64,000 nt of DNA from Bdellovibrionales bacterium (GTDB lineage Bacteria; Bdellovibrionota; Bdellovibrionia; Bdellovibrionales; UBA1609), in NCBI GenBank assembly GCA_023299885.1, contig JALZUS010000002.1, positions 4,735 to 68,734 of the forward strand. The letters run 5' to 3'. Positions 9,114 to 18,562 of this stretch are shown piece by piece; the first letter of the stretch is position 1; the number at the start of each line of letters is the position of its first letter. The translations under genes and the position numbers were made by a program. The notes under the pieces were generated by a model that searched no databases, was not told where the DNA came from, and was given only the letters and a program-made list of their open reading frames with translations.

Positions 9114-9932
9114 TTAGAAGTAAAGCGTCACTCCAAATAATACACTTAATAAATGAGTCACTTGGTCATCAATAACTGTACCTGGCGCTACTGCTCCGCC
9201 ACCCTGACCAGAACCAAAAGCTACGATGTCTTCTTTAAACCATATGTTTTTAAGATCTAATCTAAATGCCAAGCTTTTTGATACAAAAATGTACTGAGTG
9301 ATATCAAACTTAAGGCCTATAGTAGACTCTCCTCTTTCAGTCTCCTGAAATCCTGCAGTAGCTGGATCAGCATCAAATAACTGATCATAAGAAACTAAAG
9401 CAATACCTGGTGACACACCAATATCTAGGTACATAATTTTCTTACCCAAAAAACTCATTTTTGCATAAAACGGAATATAGTTAAAAGCTAAGCCGATCTG
9501 ACTTGTTAACCTTCCATGGTTAGGAGAGGCCGCAGTATTTAAATCTTCCTGGAACCCAGTTACAGCATCGTTATCACTTAAGCTTGCGCCTGTATAAGAA
9601 AGCTCTAATCCCATTCTTTCACTAAAAAAATAACTTAAACCCAAAGAATAACCTAAACCTGTACTCCATTGGTCATTTAAAATAGGTCCAGCACCAAGAG
9701 TTAATAAAAACTTACCCTCTTTTGTAAAGGTTCTGTTTTGTACTACAGAAAAATCAGTGTCTTTTGCCGACCAGTATTTATTTTCTAAATCTGAAATATC
9801 CACTTTACCCTTTGCATCCTTAACTTTTGCCTTACGAATAACTTTCTTTTTTACAACCTTAGACTGTGCATGAGCATTGCCCACAAAGCCTAAGCTTAAT
9901 AATACTAATAATAATTTTGTTGTGACCTTCAT
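9114..9932 (-). CDS. Outer-membrane beta-barrel protein (GltH-like position)
   Basis: 272-aa ORF with a signal peptide ending AHA. It shows alternating hydrophobic beta-strand patterns and a C-terminal aromatic residue (GVTLYF), as is typical of OM barrels. It immediately follows the FHA/TonB-C gene, as gltH follows gltG in M. xanthus. Confidence 0.65.
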   Translation of the reverse strand: MKVTTKLLLVLLSLGFVGNAHAQSKVVKKKVIRKAKVKDAKGKVDISDLENKYWSAKDTDFSVVQNRTFTKEGKFLLTLGAGPILNDQWSTGLGYSLGLSYFFSERMGLELSYTGASLSDNDAVTGFQEDLNTAASPNHGRLTSQIGLAFNYIPFYAKMSFLGKKIMYLDIGVSPGIALVSYDQLFDADPATAGFQETERGESTIGLKFDITQYIFVSKSLAFRLDLKNIWFKEDIVAFGSGQGGGAVAPGTVIDDQVTHLLSVLFGVTLYF

Positions 9933-9956
9933 GATGTTACTTCCTTTTATGTATAA

Positions 9957-11525
9957 TTAGTTTGTACTTTTAAATAAAAATGGATAAGAAACATTTACTG
10001 TCGTCCCACCCTTTGGTTCTGGAAATTTCCAGCGAGCAATACGCCTAAGCATACAACCCTCAACCATACTGTTTTTTAATGTTGTGTTTTTAACATTTTT
10101 TGTTGCTACTTTTCCTGAGGCAGCAATAGTAAAATTCACCATTACCTTTCCGTAGATATTAGGATTTGCAGCCAACTGACGCTCATAACAGTAACGAATT
10201 TGACCAATGTTTTTCTTAATGACCTTGGCAATAACATCTCTATCGAGGCCACCTTGGATTTCTGTCTCTTCTTCAACAAAGCCCACAGACCCTTTTCCGA
10301 TATTGCCTGTTGCTAGTCCGCCTACACCTTTTTTATAGCCAGTTCCGCCTCCGCCAACTCCAGCTGTAGCAATGCCTCTCATTTTATAAGACTTTGCTCC
10401 GCCTTCACCGCCGTTACCCTTACCTTTAACATCTGTAAGGCTTGCAAATGAGTGACCGCTACTTTTATCGGCATCTGCCACCACACCCGAAGACGCTACC
10501 AATGTTGATGTAGCTGATGCACGCTTAGAGATTTTACCAACTAACTGGCTTAGCCCTGAAGCTTTAATTTTATTAATAACCTTGGCTGTTTTTTGAGAAG
10601 AAAACTTGCTACTAACTGATTTCATTGGCTTGTTATCAGGCCTAGCATGTCCAGTTCCATTTGTTTTTTGAGTCACAGTTTGATTTTGATTTTTCTTACT
10701 AGGTCTTGTTTTCTCGTTAGTCTTAGCTAAAACTTTTATGCTTTTTTTAGACTCTTTTTTCTTTTGTTTAATGAGCTTTTTATCAAAAATAATTTTTGTA
10801 TATTGATTCGTGTCTACTTTTGCAATTTTAAGATCAACATCTGGTCCTTTTGGTGCTAAAAACATTAATAGCAAAACCACTAGCATAGCACCGACAGAGC
10901 CTGCCATTGGTAGTCTTAATGATGGGTCTAACGTATTCGCTATTTTTTCTTTTGCAGTAGCCGTCATAACATGACTGTTAGCTAGCCTATGCATAACTGT
11001 TACATCGCCAAACTGGTGAGTCTGCCATTTATAACTAGTAGCTGCTTCGATTGTTTTTATCTCTTCACCATGCTTATAAACAAACGATTCATTTACAGAT
11101 AGCAACTTAGAGCTCACTATAAGAGAATTCTTTTTAACAACAAGCTGTTGAAACACCTCTTCGTTGTCTTGCTTTTCTTCAACAACTGCAGCATTTGTAT
11201 CAAAAATAATAAGTTCAGTTAATATAGGTTTTACTTCAAGTAAATGACCACCTATACGTATTGGAGTTTCAGCTGTTAGCACCGTACTTAATACCGGCTC
11301 TTTCTTTATCCAAGTACCCGTACTTGATGATAAATCCATTAAACTCCAGCGGTTTTTATCATACTCAAAAGCTGCATGGATACCACTAACATCCTCGCCC
11401 AATAATCTTAGTGAGGCTTGAGCACTTTTACCCATTACAAATAAGTCGTCTTTAGGCTTCAAATTGTATGAACCTAAATACTTGTCCTTATAGTAATGTT
11501 TTATTTCTAATGTTAAATGCTTCAT
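9957..11525 (-). CDS. FHA-domain / single-TM / TonB-C-like (AgmX-PglI C-terminal type) protein, GltG/PglI-like
   Basis: 522-aa ORF. The N-terminal FHA pattern is GKSAQASLRLLGEDVSGIHAAFEYDKNRWSLMDLSSSTGTWIK ... IRIGGHLLEV. A TM helix follows (AGSVGAMLVVLLLMFLA), then a Lys/Ser-rich linker. The C-terminal domain is GGLDRDVIAKVIKKNIGQIRYCYERQL...GKVMVNFTIAASGKV...CMLRRIARWKFPEPKGG, typical of the AgmX/PglI C-terminal family. Confidence 0.75.
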   Translation of the reverse strand: MKHLTLEIKHYYKDKYLGSYNLKPKDDLFVMGKSAQASLRLLGEDVSGIHAAFEYDKNRWSLMDLSSSTGTWIKKEPVLSTVLTAETPIRIGGHLLEVKPILTELIIFDTNAAVVEEKQDNEEVFQQLVVKKNSLIVSSKLLSVNESFVYKHGEEIKTIEAATSYKWQTHQFGDVTVMHRLANSHVMTATAKEKIANTLDPSLRLPMAGSVGAMLVVLLLMFLAPKGPDVDLKIAKVDTNQYTKIIFDKKLIKQKKKESKKSIKVLAKTNEKTRPSKKNQNQTVTQKTNGTGHARPDNKPMKSVSSKFSSQKTAKVINKIKASGLSQLVGKISKRASATSTLVASSGVVADADKSSGHSFASLTDVKGKGNGGEGGAKSYKMRGIATAGVGGGGTGYKKGVGGLATGNIGKGSVGFVEEETEIQGGLDRDVIAKVIKKNIGQIRYCYERQLAANPNIYGKVMVNFTIAASGKVATKNVKNTTLKNSMVEGCMLRRIARWKFPEPKGGTTVNVSYPFLFKSTN

Positions 11526-11528
11526 TAT

Positions 11529-11804
11529 TTACCTCAAATGCTCAACTGATTTAATAATTTTTTCTGAAAAGTTGTTTTTGTTTTGAAATAGTGGAGTAAA
11601 ATCTACACCTCTTTTTTCATTAACATAAACACCATCTGGAGTTCTCGATTTACCATCGACATCTATTCCATCAAAACTTACTTTTTGTTTTTTACGATAT
11701 ATAATCTTCTTTTTTACCGCTGGTTCACTCTCAGCATATGCAAAGCTAGAAAAGGCTCCCACAGAGCATGCTATTATAAGTAATTTAGGTATTATATTTT
11801 TCAT
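11529..11804 (-). CDS. Small secreted protein (GltF-like position)
   Basis: 91-aa ORF with a signal peptide (LLIIACSVGAFSSFAYA). Its start overlaps the stop of the 1270-aa gene (TAATG). The assignment is positional only. Confidence 0.55.
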   Translation of the reverse strand: MKNIIPKLLIIACSVGAFSSFAYAESEPAVKKKIIYRKKQKVSFDGIDVDGKSRTPDGVYVNEKRGVDFTPLFQNKNNFSEKIIKSVEHLR

Positions 11805-14800
11805 TACTCGGCCCCTTCTGATGCTGGCTCTCTATTTTGCTTGTTAACTGCCTCAACAGCTTTAGTCTCTTTAGCAATAACTTTTTTAGGAGCTTTTGCA
11901 GCCTCTAGAGCCGTTCTAAGAGTTAGTATCTTTTTATCGATATCAACCTCAGACTTCTCACTACTTTTTATCGACATTTTCTTAGCAAGACTGTACTGCT
12001 TAAAGGCTTCTTTTTTATTATTTAGCCTATTTTCATAGATTTCTGCCGCTAAAAGCCTCTTTTCAAGACTAGATTGAATTTTTAGAGATTTTGCTATGTA
12101 TTCAAGAGTCTTTTCATGCTTCCCAATGTAGTTATAAAGCTGAACTAGCATATTAGTTGTTTCAAGGTTTTTGCCAAAACTTAGGTGCTTCAATAGAGCT
12201 TTTTCGGCCTTTTTTACCTGATAGTCCCTAAGAAAAGTCTTACCTTTAAAAGAATAAAGAGATGGTATCTTATCTTTAAATTGAGACAAAGTATCAATGA
12301 TAGCCCATGCTGCATCAAATTTTTCTAAGTCCCATAAAAGTTTGGCTTTTTGATAGTGAAGCGCACCTATTTTATTAGATTTCTTTAAAGCTAAATCTGA
12401 TAACCATGCCGCTTTTTCTTTCTTTCCATCTTTGTCAGCAATCATACTTAAATAGTATGCGCCCCAAGGCTTATCTGGGTGATGTTGCGCCAACCTCTCA
12501 GCATTTACCGCAACCTGCTTCCAATTATTTTCTTTAATACAATAGCTTGTATGAGCCAAGATTTTTGGAGTCTCTAAAGCACTTAACGCAGCCACCGGCA
12601 TTGCTGTGCACTTGTTTCTACTCGTTTTAATTTCTGACAGAGAGTAAGATGTGATACAGGCATTACCTTTGCATTTTTTATTAGAAATATACCTCGGTAT
12701 AACTGCCTCTGGCTTAATATCGCCAGAAATTTCAATTCTTTTATCATCTAAGTTTAATTTATTAAGCTTTGCATTTATTTTTGCAATACGACCATCTTTA
12801 ATATTTAACTTTTTAGCCTGCTCAAGTGCAGCACTCATTGTTTCAACAGCTTTATCTTCCATAGGAAGCGATAAATCCTCAAGCTCTACCTGAAAAGCCT
12901 CAAAATCATCTACTGGAAGACCTGTAGGCATAGGTATGTTTTTTAAACTAAATGCAAAATCATCATAAAGCTCTGCAAGCCTTACTAAAGATTCAATTGT
13001 TGTATCTGCATCTTTATACTTAATAGTTGATTCATAAGCCGATTGAGCTTTTTCTAACTTAGAAGTTTTTAAACTTAATACTGTAGCAAAGCGCTTAAGG
13101 CTAGCCTGCATACTTTGATTTTTGTACTCCGCCTCTAATATCTTAGCCTGAACTAATCGAGCTCTTGATTTTACAGCACTTGAGTAGCTACCACTAATAA
13201 TGCTTTTAGCAGCCTTAAATGCGACGGGGTTATTGCCTAAGTTTAAATCTTGTTCTACTTTTTTAATTCTAGCTTCGCCAATATCAGCTCTGTTTCCTGA
13301 TTGCGCTAATTTTTTAATTAAACCTTCAGAGTGACCATAATTTTGCTTATCATTAATTTCTTTTAACTTAGAAAGCGACTGAGACTTAAGCTCAGGATTA
13401 TCTAAACTCGATAAATCATGAAACATAGTTCTGGCTTTTTCAAAGTTACCCATCACAAAGTTGAATTCAGCTGATAAGAAAAAGTACTTAGCTGACTGTT
13501 GGTCTTTAACTCTTTCACTACCAAGCCTCTCAAGTACTCTGGCTGCTGATTCTAACTGTGCCATGTTTTCATAATCACCTGCAGCCTTAACTAATACAGA
13601 TATTCTCTCTTTTGACTTAGGGAATAAATTAGCAAATTCTTCAGCTGACTTAGATGCACTTAGCAAGTCATTCATTTTTCTGTTGATATTGATAGCGTTT
13701 AAGTAGGCTTTTTCAGCAAGTGGTGATTTCGAGTTCTCGTTAGAAAACTTTTTATACTCACTTAAAGCTAAAGCATTATTGCCAGACTCTTCTATTTTTT
13801 GAATTTCTAAAAAATAAGCTTGTTCATAAATTTTTGTAAGCTTAACAACTCTTTCATCTTTAAGCTTTTTAGTATCAATAAGTGATTTAGAATAGTTTTT
13901 AATTTCAGTGAATTTTTTGTCTATATTTAAAATATCTAAATAGAGGTCTTGTGCTTTTTGACCTTTGTCAGTATCTGGGAACTGTTTGCCAACAGATAAA
14001 AAGACAGGCCCAGCCTCAGCATAACGTTTTTTTTCATAAGCAATCAGGCCACGTTTAAAGTTAATATCTAATACATATTGTCCTTTTGGGTTAGCTGTTA
14101 CATAAGTTCCAGCTAGCTTTAAAAACTGTTCTTCATCTTTTGAAACCCAATTGTCTCCGACAGCTTTTTCTAAGCCAACTATCGCAGCATACATAGAGTC
14201 ATGCGCTACTTTTTTATCTTTAGTGGCAGACCCTACTAATGTGTATTGCGCACTAGACTCACGAAATTTTTCTCTTTGAAACAAAAGCTCTGCATAGTTA
14301 TACCTAGCCGTTGTAGTGTTTTCTATGTCAGTATTGCCCTCTAAATAAACTTTAAAAGATTTTTCCGATGCATCACCATAATTAACAAGCTTGTTATCAT
14401 GTCTCCAATATTTTAAATATTTTTGAGCCAAACGAATACTTGTTGGCCATAAATACTCTTCACAATTTTCATTGGCTACGGCCACATCAGACTGAGCTTT
14501 TAACCATTTACTATTTGCCTTACAAACTACACTTAAGCTTTCTAAATGCGTAACCGCCTTAGTTATTTCTTTATTAGAATCATAATTTGCAATTAGCATG
14601 TCATAAACTTCAGGCGCTAAGTCTGTCTTAGGCATTTCAGTTAATACATCATTTAAAACTGTGATTTCGTCTTCATGCTTACTATGTCTTTGGTAGATTT
14701 TAGCTAAGCGTACTAGGTTTTGCGGCACAGCCTCTTTACCACCCTGCTTTGCAAAGTAACTATGAGCACCGTCTGCAGATAAAACTTCAGAATAAAAAAT

Positions 14801-15616
14801 TGGCATATCAGCTATAGCTTCATTTCTTAAATCAAGCCTTGCATCTAATTTTTTACTTTCAACAATCTTACCAAAAGCAACAACTTGCTCAAGCATTTTC
14901 AATCCAGGGTTAAAAGATCCTAAATTATAATAAGCCCATGAACCCATATACATACCAAACGGATAAACCTTAGATTTAGGATGCTTTATTACCTGCTTAA
15001 AATGGGCCAGTGCTTTTTTAAATTTCTTTTCTTTGAATGACATTTGACCTATAGCCAAATGACTATCTGGAAGCAAATGAGATGTCTTATATCTTTTAAT
15101 TAATGTAGCATATAGTTTTCTAGCATATGTATCATCACCAATTTGCTGTCTCGCATAGGCATTATTATATAAAACTAAATCCATCTTAGAATAAGATTTA
15201 TAATTTCTAATTATATTATCATAAATATTAATAGCATTTTTTAATACTGTTTTAGTAGATGCATTACTCACTAGCGCAGGAGCAATACTTACTATTTCAG
15301 AGTCTTTTTGTAACTCTAAAAATCTTTCTGTTTTTGAACGCCTCATATAAAGTTCAGCTAGTCTAAAATTAAGATCTGCTGCAATAGGGCTTTTCTTATG
15401 TTTAACAATAAGTGCTTTTAATTGAGAGATAGCATTCTCTTCACTTTTTAAAACAAGCATTTCAGCCTGTAAGGCTTTAATGTCATTTGCTTTGCCGTCT
15501 TTCTTATCAAGCTTTAATTTATTAATAAGATTAACTTGATTAGGTTTTTCAGCAGCTACTACACAACTAAGCAGTAGTACTAATGGCAAAACTAAAATAT
15601 CTTTTTTGCTAAACAC
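11804..15616 (-). CDS. Large secreted TPR-repeat protein, GltD/AgmU-like
   Basis: 1270-aa ORF with an N-terminal signal/anchor (ILVLPLVLLLSCVVAA) and TPR-like repeats throughout (for example LYNNAYARQQIGDDTYARKLYATLIKRY, MGSWAYYNLGSFNPGLKMLEQVV). Its size and its position directly after TolQ-TolR-TolR match gltD (agmU) of M. xanthus. Confidence 0.7.
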   Translation of the reverse strand: MFSKKDILVLPLVLLLSCVVAAEKPNQVNLINKLKLDKKDGKANDIKALQAEMLVLKSEENAISQLKALIVKHKKSPIAADLNFRLAELYMRRSKTERFLELQKDSEIVSIAPALVSNASTKTVLKNAINIYDNIIRNYKSYSKMDLVLYNNAYARQQIGDDTYARKLYATLIKRYKTSHLLPDSHLAIGQMSFKEKKFKKALAHFKQVIKHPKSKVYPFGMYMGSWAYYNLGSFNPGLKMLEQVVAFGKIVESKKLDARLDLRNEAIADMPIFYSEVLSADGAHSYFAKQGGKEAVPQNLVRLAKIYQRHSKHEDEITVLNDVLTEMPKTDLAPEVYDMLIANYDSNKEITKAVTHLESLSVVCKANSKWLKAQSDVAVANENCEEYLWPTSIRLAQKYLKYWRHDNKLVNYGDASEKSFKVYLEGNTDIENTTTARYNYAELLFQREKFRESSAQYTLVGSATKDKKVAHDSMYAAIVGLEKAVGDNWVSKDEEQFLKLAGTYVTANPKGQYVLDINFKRGLIAYEKKRYAEAGPVFLSVGKQFPDTDKGQKAQDLYLDILNIDKKFTEIKNYSKSLIDTKKLKDERVVKLTKIYEQAYFLEIQKIEESGNNALALSEYKKFSNENSKSPLAEKAYLNAININRKMNDLLSASKSAEEFANLFPKSKERISVLVKAAGDYENMAQLESAARVLERLGSERVKDQQSAKYFFLSAEFNFVMGNFEKARTMFHDLSSLDNPELKSQSLSKLKEINDKQNYGHSEGLIKKLAQSGNRADIGEARIKKVEQDLNLGNNPVAFKAAKSIISGSYSSAVKSRARLVQAKILEAEYKNQSMQASLKRFATVLSLKTSKLEKAQSAYESTIKYKDADTTIESLVRLAELYDDFAFSLKNIPMPTGLPVDDFEAFQVELEDLSLPMEDKAVETMSAALEQAKKLNIKDGRIAKINAKLNKLNLDDKRIEISGDIKPEAVIPRYISNKKCKGNACITSYSLSEIKTSRNKCTAMPVAALSALETPKILAHTSYCIKENNWKQVAVNAERLAQHHPDKPWGAYYLSMIADKDGKKEKAAWLSDLALKKSNKIGALHYQKAKLLWDLEKFDAAWAIIDTLSQFKDKIPSLYSFKGKTFLRDYQVKKAEKALLKHLSFGKNLETTNMLVQLYNYIGKHEKTLEYIAKSLKIQSSLEKRLLAAEIYENRLNNKKEAFKQYSLAKKMSIKSSEKSEVDIDKKILTLRTALEAAKAPKKVIAKETKAVEAVNKQNREPASEGAE

Positions 15617-15627
15617 TTTAATAATCC

Positions 15628-16140
15628 TTACTCGAAACTAATCGTAGCTAGTTTCATTTCTGCATAACCTGCCATTGACGAGGTATACATTACTTTTTTC
15701 AATAACGAATAATCTAATCTTTCATCAGCCTGCATGACTATTTTTCCGTCAAACTCAGCCTCTGTATTGATTTGTTTAATTTCTAAAGCTTTTTTCGCAT
15801 GAGCATCTAACTCTTTAAATAATACATTTATAAAGTCAGAGTCTTGAGAGTCTAAAGCTTCTTCTTTAATTTCACCTTTTACCAAAGGTATTACTTTTTT
15901 ATCTTCGACATAAATACCATCGTAGGCCACAATCAGCTTTACAGCTTCAATTGGGTTTTCATACGACGATGACATAGGTAGCTTCATTCCATCATGCGGA
16001 GTTATATGTACCGCACTAGTAGAAAAGCTCTTTAATAAGAAAACAATAAGGATAGTGAACATGTCCACCATAGATGTTAACTGAAGCGTAAATGTCCCAG
16101 CATTATTGTTTTTCTTTAGTCTTTTTACTGCATTTCTCAT
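15628..16140 (-). CDS. ExbD/TolR-family protein (AglQ/AglS-like), canonical TM aspartate present
   Basis: 170-aa ORF. The N-terminal TM segment LQLTSMVDMFTILIVFLL aligns with ExbD INVTPFIDVMLVLLIIFM and keeps the proton-pathway Asp. Confidence 0.85.
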   Translation of the reverse strand: MRNAVKRLKKNNNAGTFTLQLTSMVDMFTILIVFLLKSFSTSAVHITPHDGMKLPMSSSYENPIEAVKLIVAYDGIYVEDKKVIPLVKGEIKEEALDSQDSDFINVLFKELDAHAKKALEIKQINTEAEFDGKIVMQADERLDYSLLKKVMYTSSMAGYAEMKLATISFE

Positions 16141-16145
16141 TTACA

Positions 16146-16712
16146 TTACCCTTCTAACACATTAGCAAATATGACATCTGGAAATAACAAATCTGTTGCC
16201 ACTGTTTCATTAGTATCAGTATCTAAAAATGTTAACTTTGCATCAGTAGACTTAACTCGCCTCACTTCATCCATAAATTTAACAACCTCTGCATAAGGAA
16301 CTCCCTTTTGAGGACTTAAATCTAATTTGAAAATTTTAGGCGTTTTTCTTTTTTGCTGATAAAGATATCCGTACAGTTTCTCGTAATCCCACTTGCCATT
16401 TACAGTTGGGATTTCAATTTTATCTTGCACTTTTCCATCTAACTCAATATTTACTTTGAAGCCATACTCTTTAGACATATCAACTGCATAGCTGACTATC
16501 TCTTCTTTTTCTTTATTTTCTTCTATCGCTTTTTGAACAGCTTGCGGCAGTGCAGTTTCAATAACCATTACCTTTACAAACTGAGTCGACAACAACATGA
16601 TCGGAATCAGCGTTACCATCAATGCTAACATGGGCGCTAAATCAATTTCGAACGTTGATTCAGTGTCAGTGTTTTGTCTTGATAGATCTGAAAATTTAAG
16701 TTTTTTTCTCAT
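16146..16712 (-). CDS. ExbD/TolR-family protein (AglQ/AglS-like), TM aspartate replaced
   Basis: 188-aa ORF. The TM segment IDLAPMLALMVTLIPIML aligns with the ExbD/TolR TM helix but carries Ala at the canonical Asp position. There is a 5-nt gap to the next TolR-like gene. Confidence 0.8.
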   Translation of the reverse strand: MRKKLKFSDLSRQNTDTESTFEIDLAPMLALMVTLIPIMLLSTQFVKVMVIETALPQAVQKAIEENKEKEEIVSYAVDMSKEYGFKVNIELDGKVQDKIEIPTVNGKWDYEKLYGYLYQQKRKTPKIFKLDLSPQKGVPYAEVVKFMDEVRRVKSTDAKLTFLDTDTNETVATDLLFPDVIFANVLEG

Positions 16713-16742
16713 TATAATAACCTCAAAGTCTATTTAATAGAT

Positions 16743-17438
16743 TTAAACTGCTTTACCTTCTAATTTACTTGTATTGATATCTGTTGGATAAATTGAATCC
16801 TTTTTAAAGGGCTCGTAGTTTCTTGATGTTAATAAATCAACCACTTTAGTAGAATGCTCTGCAATCTCTTCTAAAAGCTGATTTTGTCTAGAATGCAAAA
16901 ATGCATAACAAACCATAACTGGTATAGCCACTGTTAAACCTAAAGCCGTTGTATTCATGGCCATAGAAATACCTTGTGATAATACAGTCTGTTTTTGAGA
17001 AGGATCTGCGAAGGCAACAGCATTAAAGGCTAAAATTAGACCTGTAATTGTACCTAATAAACCCATTAAAGTAGCTACGTTTGCAATCATCATTAGAAAA
17101 CCTAAACGCTTACCTAATAATGGAATAATTTCTGATAATGAAATGTCTAAGCCCTGATGCATAGACTCTTCGTCTCTGTCAGAACGCTCTAGTACTGACT
17201 TAATTACATGTGCTAATGGCGCTTTTTTGTTAGCATCACTAAACGTAATCGCATCATCAACCTTATTGTTAAGTAGTAAGTTTCTGATTTGACTCATAAA
17301 CTTATCTGTTTTGATTGAGTAATCAAAGTATAAAACTTTAACTCTCTCGAAAATCATCCCCATTGCAATTAAGCCCATGAAGACAATTAAGTAAGCCGGC
17401 ACACCGCCGTCTGCAATTGTTTTTATTATGTTTCCCAT
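16743..17438 (-). CDS. MotA/TolQ/ExbB-family proton channel (AglR-like)
   Basis: 231-aa ORF with three TM helices and the TolQ/ExbB signature region (LGKRLGFLMMIANVATLMGLLGTITGLILAF ... GISMAMNTTALGLTVAIPVMVCY). The arrangement of one TolQ-like plus two TolR-like genes is the AglRQS stoichiometry. Confidence 0.88.
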   Translation of the reverse strand: MGNIIKTIADGGVPAYLIVFMGLIAMGMIFERVKVLYFDYSIKTDKFMSQIRNLLLNNKVDDAITFSDANKKAPLAHVIKSVLERSDRDEESMHQGLDISLSEIIPLLGKRLGFLMMIANVATLMGLLGTITGLILAFNAVAFADPSQKQTVLSQGISMAMNTTALGLTVAIPVMVCYAFLHSRQNQLLEEIAEHSTKVVDLLTSRNYEPFKKDSIYPTDINTSKLEGKAV

Positions 17439-17483
17439 GTTAACTCCCTTTAATTAATTATCTGTTTATTTAAAAATGTAAAT

Positions 17484-18365
17484 TTAAGCGGCCTTAATTT
17501 GACCTACTGTTAAGTTATTAATTTTTTCTGTTATTTCTGTATTGATTTCATCAAATCTTAAACCGTAAACCACTTCATCTGCCTGTGTGATTAGTGACTC
17601 TGAGTATCTTTTATTTACTATTTCACACTCCGCTTTAAATGCAGGTACATCTGCCGTTGCCTTAAAGAAAACGTTAATTTTTTGACCCGGAACAAGCATC
17701 GCGTTTTTAATAACAACAGCTGCTCCCTTTAAACTAAGATCCAATGTCTTACCTTGAAAAACTTTTTCATTATCATGAGCGATAATTCCTGTTTTGTAGT
17801 CGGCACGAACATAATATCTTGTATTTAATGTTTTAAATATTTCAGTATCTTTAATTGTAAATAGTCTGTTGATTTCTTCATCTTGAAATACATCTATTTC
17901 GGCAAGCCTCTCCCAAGACTCCATGCCTCCGTGCTTAACAAAATCAAAGTCAAATATATCGTTATCTTTTAAAAGCTTAACAACTTCTAAATACTTAAAT
18001 GGACCAAAGATTTTTTCACCTTTATTAATATGCCACTGCTGTGCAAGCCTTTGCTTGGCTTCACTGTCCGATAGAGGCTTAATGTCGGCTAATACCTCTT
18101 GGCGATTCACTTCAACTTCTTTGTTTATTATTTTTTCTGAATTTTTAGCAATCCCACTCGGAGGCATTACTGGCTTTTCTTTTAATAAAACACTCTTAAG
18201 CTCATGATTCTCAATCAAAAGCTCCCAATCCGACTTAATAGGATTGTAAATAAAATCTGTTATGTTGATAGCTCGAGACTGAAGCATTTCAGCTATATGC
18301 TCAACAGTATAAGGGCCATTCTGTAAGCCCTTAATTGAAATATAAAATTTTTGAGATTCAGACAT
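17484..18365 (-). CDS. GYF-GYF-PilZ three-domain protein (putative c-di-GMP receptor), first gene of the gliding operon
   Basis: 293-aa ORF with two GYF_2-like repeats (aa 6-55 and 110-158, GPYTVEHIAEML...DWELL and GPFKYLEVVKLL...SWERL). The C-terminal PilZ domain carries RYYVR (RxxxR, aa 183-187) and DLSLKG (DxSxxG, aa 209-214). Confidence 0.75.
   Translation of the reverse strand: MSESQKFYISIKGLQNGPYTVEHIAEMLQSRAINITDFIYNPIKSDWELLIENHELKSVLLKEKPVMPPSGIAKNSEKIINKEVEVNRQEVLADIKPLSDSEAKQRLAQQWHINKGEKIFGPFKYLEVVKLLKDNDIFDFDFVKHGGMESWERLAEIDVFQDEEINRLFTIKDTEIFKTLNTRYYVRADYKTGIIAHDNEKVFQGKTLDLSLKGAAVVIKNAMLVPGQKINVFFKATADVPAFKAECEIVNKRYSESLITQADEVVYGLRFDEINTEITEKINNLTVGQIKAA
17511..17834 (-). 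other. PilZ domain with intact c-di-GMP binding signatures
   Basis: Residues about 178-285 of the 293-aa ORF. RxxxR lies 21 residues before DxSxxG, which is canonical PilZ spacing. Confidence 0.7.
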
Positions 18366-18562
18366 TATTTATTCTCCTAATTACTTTCTACATTTAGCTC
18401 TTCGGAATTCCTTTGATCGATCTAAAGCCAGTTCTGTACTGATTCTTAAAGGATTTGGTTTTTGTAAAAGATCTAGTCGTTGGTCTCAGCCAGCTGTGTA
18501 AAAAATACGCACAAACTGGCTGAAAGCCTTGTAAATAGCGCTGTACACTGAAATAATTAGAT

